Positions 53,560-61,876 of a DNA stretch of 64,000 bases are shown piece by piece. Both the position numbers and the translations under genes were made by a program. Each line of letters begins with the position of its first letter. Position 1 is the first letter of the stretch. The stretch comes from an uncultured Alphaproteobacteria bacterium. GTDB lineage: Bacteria; Pseudomonadota; Alphaproteobacteria; HIMB59; GCA-002718135. The DNA lies in assembly GCA_902593125.1 (NCBI GenBank), contig CACJGU010000003.1:46905-110904 (forward strand), given 5' to 3'. The notes beneath the pieces were generated by a model. It was given only the letters and a program-made list of their open reading frames with translations, searched no databases and was not told where the DNA came from.

Positions 53560-54237
53560 ATGATTAAAAAAAACAAATTAATCCTAGATAACCTAAAAAA
53601 AGGTTTAGTGGCGTCATGTCAGCCAATTCCTCAAGGTCCCATGGATAAATCATCAATAATTTTAGCAATGGCAAAATCTTCATTGATTGGAGGGGCTAAA
53701 GGTTTGAGGATCGAGGGAGAAAAAAATATCAAATTAATAAAAAAAAATACAAATGTTCCAATTGTTGGCTTGATAAAAAGAAATTTAAGTAATTATCCTG
53801 TAATCATTACACCATTTCTTTCAGATATTGAAAAAATAGCAAATGCGGGTGCGGATATAATAGCATTTGATGCCACAAATAGAAATAGACCTGAAAGCGT
53901 AAAAAGTATTATTAATGAAATAAAAAAATTTAATAAGATTTCAATGGCAGATTGCTCATCTATATTTGATGTTAAAAATGCAATTAAAAGCGATGTCGAT
54001 ATAATTAGTACAACATTATCAGGATATACAAAGAATAAAATTCCTGAATATCCAGATTTTAAATTATTAAGAGAATCTATAAGTTTAAAAATACCGGTGA
54101 TTGCAGAGGGAAGATTCAACACCCCTTATTTGGCTAAAAAAGCAATAAAAATGGGTGCACATTGTGTTGTTGTTGGAACAGCATTAAATAGAGTAGAAAT
54201 AATTACAAATAATTTTGTGAATACTATTAATGAGTAA
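53560..54237 (+). CDS. nanE: N-acetylmannosamine-6-phosphate 2-epimerase
   Basis: 225 aa with GLVASCQP, GLRIEG and VIAEGRFNTP. Confidence 0.85.
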   Translation: MIKKNKLILDNLKKGLVASCQPIPQGPMDKSSIILAMAKSSLIGGAKGLRIEGEKNIKLIKKNTNVPIVGLIKRNLSNYPVIITPFLSDIEKIANAGADIIAFDATNRNRPESVKSIINEIKKFNKISMADCSSIFDVKNAIKSDVDIISTTLSGYTKNKIPEYPDFKLLRESISLKIPVIAEGRFNTPYLAKKAIKMGAHCVVVGTALNRVEIITNNFVNTINE

Positions 54238-55093
54238 AAATTTTGTATCCGTAGATATTGGAGGTACGAAAATATCAGTATGTTTTTTTAAAAAAAATAT
54301 AATCGTAAAGAAAAAAAAGTTTAAAACTGAAAATTTTGGTCCCTCTAACTTGTTAAATATAAGAAATTTTCTTTTGAATAACGTAAATGATATTTCATCT
54401 ATAGGAATAGCTACAACTGGTTTAGTATATAAAAAAAAATGGTCTACTTTGAATAGAAATATGATTGGTAGTTTTGATAATTTTCCAATAGTTAATTTCT
54501 TTAAAGAGAAGTTTAAAATACCAATTTTTGCTATTGGAGATACACACGCCGCATCATTAGGTGAATCATATTATGGGAATGGAAAAGATTTAAAAGATTT
54601 TTTCTATATTACAGTATCAACAGGTATAGGAGGAGCTGCAATTATAAATAAAAAAGTTTTAAATTCGAATAAAAAAATAGTTGGGCAAATCGGACATACT
54701 GTAATTAAATATAATGGGAATATTTGTGGCTGTGGCAGAAAGGGGTGTTTAGAGGCTTATTCTTCAGGTACTGCAATACAAAAAAATATTAATAAAAAGC
54801 TTAAATTAAATCTTAAGTTGAAAGAATTGATTAAAAATCATAGTAAAAATAAGATAGTTATAGATTCTTTAAATAGTGCTGCATCAGTGTTATCAGAAAG
54901 TATAGTAAATATTCATAATATTCTTGGTATAAAAAACTTTATTATTGGGGGGAGTGTAGGATTAAATAATGTATTTTTTAATAAGTTAAATTTTATTATT
55001 AAAGATAAAAATATTAAAATTAAATTAAAAAAAGCAGGTTTGAGACATGATGCTGAAGCTTTTGGTTGTTTAGCTTATTCAAAATATAATTAA
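54230..55093 (+). CDS. nanK: ROK-family sugar kinase (N-acetylmannosamine kinase-like, no HTH domain)
   Basis: 287 aa with VDIGGTKISV and the ROK zinc motif CGCGRKGCLEAY. It overlaps nanE by 8 nt. Confidence 0.75.
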   Translation: MSKNFVSVDIGGTKISVCFFKKNIIVKKKKFKTENFGPSNLLNIRNFLLNNVNDISSIGIATTGLVYKKKWSTLNRNMIGSFDNFPIVNFFKEKFKIPIFAIGDTHAASLGESYYGNGKDLKDFFYITVSTGIGGAAIINKKVLNSNKKIVGQIGHTVIKYNGNICGCGRKGCLEAYSSGTAIQKNINKKLKLNLKLKELIKNHSKNKIVIDSLNSAASVLSESIVNIHNILGIKNFIIGGSVGLNNVFFNKLNFIIKDKNIKIKLKKAGLRHDAEAFGCLAYSKYN

Positions 55094-55096
55094 TTA

Positions 55097-55936
55097 TTAC
55101 TTAACAGCACCTGATGTAATACTCCTAATTAATTGTTTAGAAAAGATAATATAAAAAATTAGTATGGGTATTAAGGCTGTTGATAGCGAAGCAAAAACAG
55201 CATTCCAATTGGTTACGTATTGTCCAATATATTGTTGCATTCCCAAAATTACAGTTTGTTTACCACTTGAAGGAGCAAGAACTAAAGGCCACCATATATC
55301 ATTCCATACTGGTACCATTGTAAAAACTGCAACAGTTGCTAATGGTGGTCTTAGCAATGGTAAGATTATATAAAAAAATAATTGATATTCATTCACTCCA
55401 TCACACCTGGCGGCTTCTTTTAATTCATTGTTAACTTGTTTCATAAATTCAGATAAGATCCAAATAGCCAAAGGCAAACTTTGAGCTGTGTAGACAACAA
55501 TTAGGCCAGTAAGAGTGTTGACCAAACCCATTGAATTAAGAACTTGAAGAACACTTACAGTTCCTAATTTAATTGGCATCATAATTCCAAAAGCAAGATA
55601 CAATCCTAACATCGTATTTCCTTTAAATTTATATTCTGATAATGCCCATGCTGCCATTGCACCAAAAAGAAGAACTAAAAAAAGAGTAATTAAAGTAACA
55701 GTGATTGAATTATAAAAAAATATTCCAAAGTCTACTCTTGAAAACATTTTAGTAAAACCTGTTAAACTAAATGTTTCTTCAGAAGGCAAACTTAAAGGTT
55801 CTTTAAAAATAGCTTTTCTTTTTTTAAATGAATTAGATAATAATAAGTAGACAGGAAACATACATATTAGTGTGTACAATAAAAGAACACTATGCATAAT
55901 TAGTTGATTGATTTTTTCTTGATAAGATCTCATCAA
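55097..55936 (-). CDS. ABC sugar permease (MalG-like)
   Basis: 279 aa with EAA loop LKEAARCDGVNEYQLFFYIILPLLRP. Confidence 0.9.
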   Translation of the reverse strand: MMRSYQEKINQLIMHSVLLLYTLICMFPVYLLLSNSFKKRKAIFKEPLSLPSEETFSLTGFTKMFSRVDFGIFFYNSITVTLITLFLVLLFGAMAAWALSEYKFKGNTMLGLYLAFGIMMPIKLGTVSVLQVLNSMGLVNTLTGLIVVYTAQSLPLAIWILSEFMKQVNNELKEAARCDGVNEYQLFFYIILPLLRPPLATVAVFTMVPVWNDIWWPLVLAPSSGKQTVILGMQQYIGQYVTNWNAVFASLSTALIPILIFYIIFSKQLIRSITSGAVK

Positions 55937-56871
55937 TATTGATACCTTGTTATTCTTTTTTGAAAGGCAAATAAGTAAAGCAATACTCCTATAAGTATAA
56001 TACCAAAAGTGGCTGATGCTACTGTTGCACCCATAGTTGGGTTACCCAATTGATGCTGAAATCCAAAAAAAGTTCTATAAAAAAATGTTCCCATTAAATC
56101 TGTTGAAAATTCAGGTCCCGCATATAAACCTCTAATAGCAAAAATGAGATCAAAGGCATTAAAATTACCGACATATGTTAGTATGACCATTAAGCCAACG
56201 GTAGGCATAATAAGTGGTAACTTAATATACCAAAAAGTAGTAATACCATTAGACCCATCAATTTTTGATGCTTCAAGAACCTCATCAGGAATATTTAATA
56301 ATGCAGCATAAAATAACATCATAGGAATACCAACAAACTGCCAAATTGAAATCAAGGATATCGTAATAAGAGCGGTTTCCTTAAGCCCCAACCAAGGTTG
56401 ATAAAGGTTTTCTAAGCCTACTGCACCAAGCAATGTTTGAGGTATTCCCCAGAGGTTTGATAGTATTAGATTGAAGATGTAGCCAACTATAACAATTGAC
56501 ATCATTGCTGGTAAAAATATTAAGGTTCTATAAGTACCTTTAAATTTTAATTCTTTAGATGACAAAAAAGCTGCTATTAATAAGCCTATAGGTGTTTGAA
56601 TTGAAACGTGTAGTATAAAAAAATATGTATTATTTTTTAGGGCATTCCAAAAATGGTATGACCATAATTCATCGAAAAAAAGTATTCTGTAATTATTAAT
56701 TCCAGTAAATGTTCTGACACCAGTGGTATTATCTAAATTACTTCCCATTAAATCCTGGGTGTAGAAACTTATTCTTAAAGTATCAAATAAAGGAAAAATC
56801 ATAAAAATTGTGTAAATAAAACAGGCTGGAAACAAAAATACAATTATATGGTAGGGAAATTTCTTCTTCAT
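55933..56871 (-). CDS. ABC sugar permease (MalF-like)
   Basis: 312 aa with EAA loop VLEASKIDGSNGITTFWYIKLPLIMP. Confidence 0.9.
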   Translation of the reverse strand: MKKKFPYHIIVFLFPACFIYTIFMIFPLFDTLRISFYTQDLMGSNLDNTTGVRTFTGINNYRILFFDELWSYHFWNALKNNTYFFILHVSIQTPIGLLIAAFLSSKELKFKGTYRTLIFLPAMMSIVIVGYIFNLILSNLWGIPQTLLGAVGLENLYQPWLGLKETALITISLISIWQFVGIPMMLFYAALLNIPDEVLEASKIDGSNGITTFWYIKLPLIMPTVGLMVILTYVGNFNAFDLIFAIRGLYAGPEFSTDLMGTFFYRTFFGFQHQLGNPTMGATVASATFGIILIGVLLYLFAFQKRITRYQY

Positions 56872-56895
56872 TTTTTATATATCAAATAGTTTAAT

Positions 56896-56929
56896 AAAGG
56901 ATCGCGGATAATAAATTCCGCGATCCTTT
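56896..56929 (-). terminator. 13-bp-stem hairpin between the SBP and permease genes
   Basis: AAAGGATCGCGGA pairs with TCCGCGATCCTTT around an 8-nt loop. T/A runs lie on both sides. Confidence 0.65.
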
Positions 56930-56934
56930 TTTTG

Positions 56935-58185
56935 TTACTGATGTGGCTCGTACCAATTAGCTAAGCTAGCTTCAGTTTTTGCCGCACCTTCTTCAGGAGT
57001 CATAGTGCCATTAATAACACTGGATACAACTTCGTAGATCACTCCATCTAAGTTTGGCTCACCTCTTCCAACTATATGACTGCTATTTCTAATAGTAGTG
57101 TCACAAGTATCTTTCCAGCTAATAAATTCTTTAGCAACTGGATCGTTAACATTTATTGAATGAGTATGTAGTGGGAAAAATCCTGGAACTTCATTTGCAA
57201 AAATTTCAGCAAATTCTGCACTAGTTAACCACTCCAAGAAAATTTTAGCTTCCTCTTTATTTGTTGAAGCAGAATTTAGGCCAATACCAATATCGGTGTG
57301 ATCATCAATATAACAATCTGCTTGACCATCTTGTGTATAAGGTGGAAAAGCACTAAATTCAAAATCAGCATTTTGAGAAAATGTAAATATTTCCCAAGAT
57401 CCAGTTGGATAAATTGCTGCCATTCCAAGTGTAAATAAATTTTGACTATCAGGGTAAGTTTGAGTTTGATACCCGTCAGCCATATAGTTACTCCATCTTT
57501 GTAATGATGTTAATAAATCCACATAGTGTTGATCAGTGAATTTTTCATCACCAGTTATGATAGCTTTACGACCTTTCTCACCTGCCCAATAATTAGGTCC
57601 AACATTTTGCCAACCCATAATTGCAGTTGCCCATGTATCTGCTGTGCCAATTGCTAATGGAGTATAATTTCCATCATCTTTGATTTTATCCAAAGTTGCA
57701 AAAAATTCACTTTCAGTTTTTGGAATTGATAATCCAAGTTCTGCAAATATTTCTTTATTGTACATAAATCCATGGGAAACTGATGCCATTGGGACACAGA
57801 ATAAATCAGAACCATCATCTGTACTCCAAGCATCTTTTGCAACTTGAGGATAATTATCTAAACCTCCTAAAGAGTTGAGAGAATCTAACCACCCTCTGTT
57901 AAATAATTTTAACGATTGGTCAAATGGAATACAAGTGATTAAATCTCCAGCAGTTCCACCTTCGAGTTTAGCATTCATGCTACCAGCATATTGAACCGGT
58001 ATAGTTGTTTGAAAAATAACTTCAATATCTGGATATTTAGCATTAAATGCAGGGATTATTGCATTGTTCCATGCATCCGCATCATCATTTCTCCAAGATT
58101 CTATGACTAATTTACCAGCATAAGCTGTATTGAATAGAAAAATAGATGAAATAGATATTAATGTTATAGAAATAAATTTCCTCAT
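56935..58185 (-). CDS. CUT1-type ABC transporter periplasmic sugar-binding protein
   Basis: 416 aa with signal peptide MRKFISITLISISSIFLFNTAYA. The gene is GC-richer than the flanking enzyme genes. Confidence 0.88.
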   Translation of the reverse strand: MRKFISITLISISSIFLFNTAYAGKLVIESWRNDDADAWNNAIIPAFNAKYPDIEVIFQTTIPVQYAGSMNAKLEGGTAGDLITCIPFDQSLKLFNRGWLDSLNSLGGLDNYPQVAKDAWSTDDGSDLFCVPMASVSHGFMYNKEIFAELGLSIPKTESEFFATLDKIKDDGNYTPLAIGTADTWATAIMGWQNVGPNYWAGEKGRKAIITGDEKFTDQHYVDLLTSLQRWSNYMADGYQTQTYPDSQNLFTLGMAAIYPTGSWEIFTFSQNADFEFSAFPPYTQDGQADCYIDDHTDIGIGLNSASTNKEEAKIFLEWLTSAEFAEIFANEVPGFFPLHTHSINVNDPVAKEFISWKDTCDTTIRNSSHIVGRGEPNLDGVIYEVVSSVINGTMTPEEGAAKTEASLANWYEPHQ

Positions 58186-58246
58186 AATAATACTCCTTAC
58201 TATCTTTTAATTTTAAAAGTATGTTATAATAATATTATAATTCTTT

Positions 58247-59287
58247 ATGGGTCAAGCTAATATCTTAAACAAAGATGAAGTACTCAAAAAAATATTTATC
58301 AAACATAAAGCAAAAAATCATATAACTGCAAATTTTGAAATACGGAATAACAGTCATAATAAATTAATAAAATTACCCATAATTTCTATGAAAAATATGG
58401 ATGGACCTGTTGTTCTCCTAATAGGTGCTAATCATGGAGATGAAACTGAAGGCTTCATTTCATTATTTAAATTAATAAAAAATCTAAGATTAGAAGAAAT
58501 TAAGGGTCATTTGATTATAATACCAGCTTTAAACTTACCAGCTTTAAATAATGGCAATAGAGTTTCAATGTTAGATAAAATAGATATGAATAGAAGTTTT
58601 TATAATAATAATAATAATAGTTTAACTTTCAAAATATCAAATTTTTTAAAACAAAGTATTTTACCAAATGTGGAAGTAATTTTAGATATTCATTCTGGAG
58701 GAAAAAATAGAAAGTTTTTAGAAATGGCAAAGTATTATCATTATGAAAATAAATTTCTAATGAAAAAATCTAGAGAAATTGCAATGGCTTTTGGTGCACC
58801 AATATGTTTGAAACATTATGAAAAAAATCCGCATGGCATGCTTGATGTTCTAGCCGTAAAATCTAACAAAATATATGTTAGTGCTGAATTGGGTGGAGGC
58901 GGCTTAGCTAACAAAAAATCTATATCAATCGCAGACAATGGAATAAATAATGTTTTGAAATTTCTTAAAATAATAAAATACGATTTAAAATATATTTCTA
59001 AGATTAAAAAAAGAAAATCAAAACTTTTGTATTTTAATGATGTAAGTAAAAATTTTATATTATCAAAAACGGAAGGAATATTTGAAATAAATGTCAATAT
59101 TGATTCAAAAATTACCAAAGATGATTTGATTGGCACTATTCATTTTCCAGATAATCCTAAAAAAGAGCCAAAGAGAATAATTTCAAAGCTATCAGGTACT
59201 GTAATTGGTATAACAAATAAATCATTTATTAAAAAAGGTGATTTTTTAATTTTAATTGGTGTTATAAAGGAAAAAAATTATGATTAA
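58247..59287 (+). CDS. succinylglutamate desuccinylase/aspartoacylase (AstE/AspA) family zinc deacylase
   Basis: 346 aa with zinc motif LLIGANHGDETEG and DIHSGG. The C-terminal region is a beta-barrel-like tail. Confidence 0.75.
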   Translation: MGQANILNKDEVLKKIFIKHKAKNHITANFEIRNNSHNKLIKLPIISMKNMDGPVVLLIGANHGDETEGFISLFKLIKNLRLEEIKGHLIIIPALNLPALNNGNRVSMLDKIDMNRSFYNNNNNSLTFKISNFLKQSILPNVEVILDIHSGGKNRKFLEMAKYYHYENKFLMKKSREIAMAFGAPICLKHYEKNPHGMLDVLAVKSNKIYVSAELGGGGLANKKSISIADNGINNVLKFLKIIKYDLKYISKIKKRKSKLLYFNDVSKNFILSKTEGIFEINVNIDSKITKDDLIGTIHFPDNPKKEPKRIISKLSGTVIGITNKSFIKKGDFLILIGVIKEKNYD

Positions 59288-60005
59288 GAATAATTATGTT
59301 AAAAAATATATTGCTGAAGTCAAAAAATCTATAGAGCTTATTTCAAAAACACAAGATATAAAATTAAATCAAGCTGTAGAGTTATTTTGTACAACATATT
59401 TTAATAATGGCATGATATATATTTTTGGAACAGGTCATTCACATATGATTGCAGAAGAAGGACATTTTCGTGCTGGTGGATTTGCACCAATATGTCCCAT
59501 TTTGTCATCTAGCACTATGCTTCATGAAAGTGCAACTTTTAGTTCACAAATTGAAAGAACTAAAGGTGTAGCTTCTCAATTGTTAGATAAATATAATTTA
59601 ACATCTAAGGATATTATTATTATTATTTCTAATAGTGGTGTCAATCAAGCACCCATAGAGGCTGCCCTTTACGCGAAAAAAAGGAAAAGTAAAGTAATTG
59701 GAATTTCTTCTTTAAAATATTCCAAAAAAATTAATAAAAACAAAAAATTATATCAATTGTCAGATTTACATATAGATAATTGTGGCCCAAGAGGTGATGC
59801 AATTATATCTGTAAATAAGTATAAAGTTGCGCCATTCTCAACAATTGGTGGAGCCGCAATTATTAATTCAATTATTTCTGAAGTGGCATATAAGCTAAGA
59901 GATGAAAACCCGTTCCCGTTTTATATAAGCTCTAATATGCCAAACTCAAAAGTACATAATGAAAGATTATTTGCAAAATATAGATCTAGAAACCCTCATT
60001 TATAA
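59280..60005 (+). CDS. SIS-domain protein (UPF0309-like)
   Basis: 241 aa with IYIFGTGHSHMIAEEGHFRAGGFAP and IIIISNSGVNQAPIE. It overlaps the deacylase gene by 8 nt and has no HTH. Confidence 0.7.
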   Translation: MIKNNYVKKYIAEVKKSIELISKTQDIKLNQAVELFCTTYFNNGMIYIFGTGHSHMIAEEGHFRAGGFAPICPILSSSTMLHESATFSSQIERTKGVASQLLDKYNLTSKDIIIIISNSGVNQAPIEAALYAKKRKSKVIGISSLKYSKKINKNKKLYQLSDLHIDNCGPRGDAIISVNKYKVAPFSTIGGAAIINSIISEVAYKLRDENPFPFYISSNMPNSKVHNERLFAKYRSRNPHL

Positions 60006-61865
60006 TTAAAATAAATGATGCTTCCAGCCAATTTTTTCAAGCATATTAATAATATTAAATAAACAATTCCTAAAACTATTCCAAGATCTCGAAGACCTAC
60101 CTTTCCATGCTATTTCAGATAATGTTGCTAATCTAGGATTAATCATTTCATCAAAGTATTCTTTGTTAGTAATTGTTTCTGACCATAGTTGAGCTTGAAT
60201 ACCTTTAATCATATTTTTATTATTTATTTTTTCATCTGGTATCCAATGAAATATATCCTTTACTTCTATTGTTGATGCCCAAGATAAGCCCCTTTCTTCA
60301 GTTGAATTATTGTAGGCCATATCAAAATATGTTTTCTCACCTGGGCATAAAATTGTTTCAAAATTTTTACTTGTTATTTCTCTTGCAACATCATTATGCT
60401 CCCATGCAAAAATTAAACATGATCTATCAATGTTTCCAGCACTTCCGCCAACTCCATGATCAATATGTGGAGAGACTGCTGCTTCATTCCAAGCTGCTGT
60501 TCTTTTATTTTTTGATTTAATAATACCGATTAAATAATTCATATAATAATCTTGAAATTCTTCTTGTGAATTAATTTTGTTTTTTCTCATAAACTCAATT
60601 ATTGAGGGTGCTCCTTTCCAAGAATTTTCTGGTCTTTCATCTAATCCTACATGTATGGTATCAAAAGTAAAAATTTCACATATTTCCTCAAATAGATTTT
60701 TTAAGAATTTTTTTGTTTTATCTAATGAGGGATCAATAGTATTATTTTTATAAGATCCAATATCTTCACTAATTATATTTGAATTTTTGTCTCTCAACTC
60801 AGGCATTATTTGCAGCAATGTCCAAGAATGGGCAGGTAAATCAATTTCAGGCATAATTTCTATATTGTACTTTTTTGCATATTTAATTAATTTTTTAACA
60901 TCCTTTTTTTTGTAAAAGCCACCATATTGATTAAAGCCACTACCATAAAACGGAGGTATTTTCATATTATAACCTCTGTATCCTCCAATATCTGTAAGAT
61001 CAGGATATTGTTTTATTTCAATTCTCCAAGCTTCATTATCAGTTAGATGCCAATGAAATCTATTCATTTTAAAGAGAGCCATATAATCAAGCAATTTTTC
61101 AATTTCTTTAATTGAATAAAATTGTCTAACGCAATCTAAATGCATTCCTCTCCAAGTATATTTTGGCGTATCATGAATTTCGCATAAGGGTATTCTGTTT
61201 TCATAATAATAAATAATTTGAATAAGCGTCATTGTTGCATAAAATTTTCCTCCATAATTTTTATAAAAAATTAAAATTTTATTTTTTAAAATTTCTAGAG
61301 AATACTCATCGTCAACTAAATCTTTTTCTAAAAAATAAATTGGAAACCCTTTTGTTTTCATAAATTTTATATTAAGATTTGATATTAATTTTTTAGTATT
61401 TTTAAATATATCTTCGCCATTAATTAATTTGAATTCTCGATTAGTAATATCTGCTAAATCATTTTTAATTAAACATTTCAAAGGTTCCGGTATAATGGGT
61501 ACAAAATTTTTTTCTATTTTCAGATCTTTGTATTTAGGTTTTTTTATTATATTTTCGAATAACAGTTCATTTACGTAAACTTTTTCATGTTCATTTTTTT
61601 TATTAATTAAAAAAACTCCCTCTGGACCACATGACTTATTATAAGAACCTATCTTTGGTACTTGTAAGTTAATTAATATAGTGTGCTTTTTAACTTCAAG
61701 CTCATAATATCTTCCTATTTGTTTTATAATATTTGCACCTTCAATAGATTTTATAGAATAAACTAATGAAAAACATAATTTTAAATTGTTATTCAAAATA
61801 TTTTTACTTAAATCCATTTTTAGTTGGTTTTTTTTTGTAAATGATGGATTTATCTGAAATAACAT
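60006..61865 (-). CDS. GH20 beta-N-acetylhexosaminidase (no signal peptide, likely cytoplasmic)
   Basis: 619 aa with RGMHLDCVRQF, NRFHWHLTDNEAWR and the catalytic pair in HVGLDE. An alternative start, MDLSKN, lies at 61817. Confidence 0.87.
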   Translation of the reverse strand: MLFQINPSFTKKNQLKMDLSKNILNNNLKLCFSLVYSIKSIEGANIIKQIGRYYELEVKKHTILINLQVPKIGSYNKSCGPEGVFLINKKNEHEKVYVNELLFENIIKKPKYKDLKIEKNFVPIIPEPLKCLIKNDLADITNREFKLINGEDIFKNTKKLISNLNIKFMKTKGFPIYFLEKDLVDDEYSLEILKNKILIFYKNYGGKFYATMTLIQIIYYYENRIPLCEIHDTPKYTWRGMHLDCVRQFYSIKEIEKLLDYMALFKMNRFHWHLTDNEAWRIEIKQYPDLTDIGGYRGYNMKIPPFYGSGFNQYGGFYKKKDVKKLIKYAKKYNIEIMPEIDLPAHSWTLLQIMPELRDKNSNIISEDIGSYKNNTIDPSLDKTKKFLKNLFEEICEIFTFDTIHVGLDERPENSWKGAPSIIEFMRKNKINSQEEFQDYYMNYLIGIIKSKNKRTAAWNEAAVSPHIDHGVGGSAGNIDRSCLIFAWEHNDVAREITSKNFETILCPGEKTYFDMAYNNSTEERGLSWASTIEVKDIFHWIPDEKINNKNMIKGIQAQLWSETITNKEYFDEMINPRLATLSEIAWKGRSSRSWNSFRNCLFNIINMLEKIGWKHHLF

Positions 61866-61876
61866 TGATATAAATT

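Noticed and set aside
58604-58618. An (AAT)5 trinucleotide run encoding NNNNN in the deacylase, and a matching (ATT)5 run at 1099..1113 in hisD. Both were considered as slipped-strand phase-variation sites.
   Set aside because: The repeat unit is 3 nt, so slippage preserves the frame. Asn runs are expected by-products of extreme AT bias, and hisD is a housekeeping gene.
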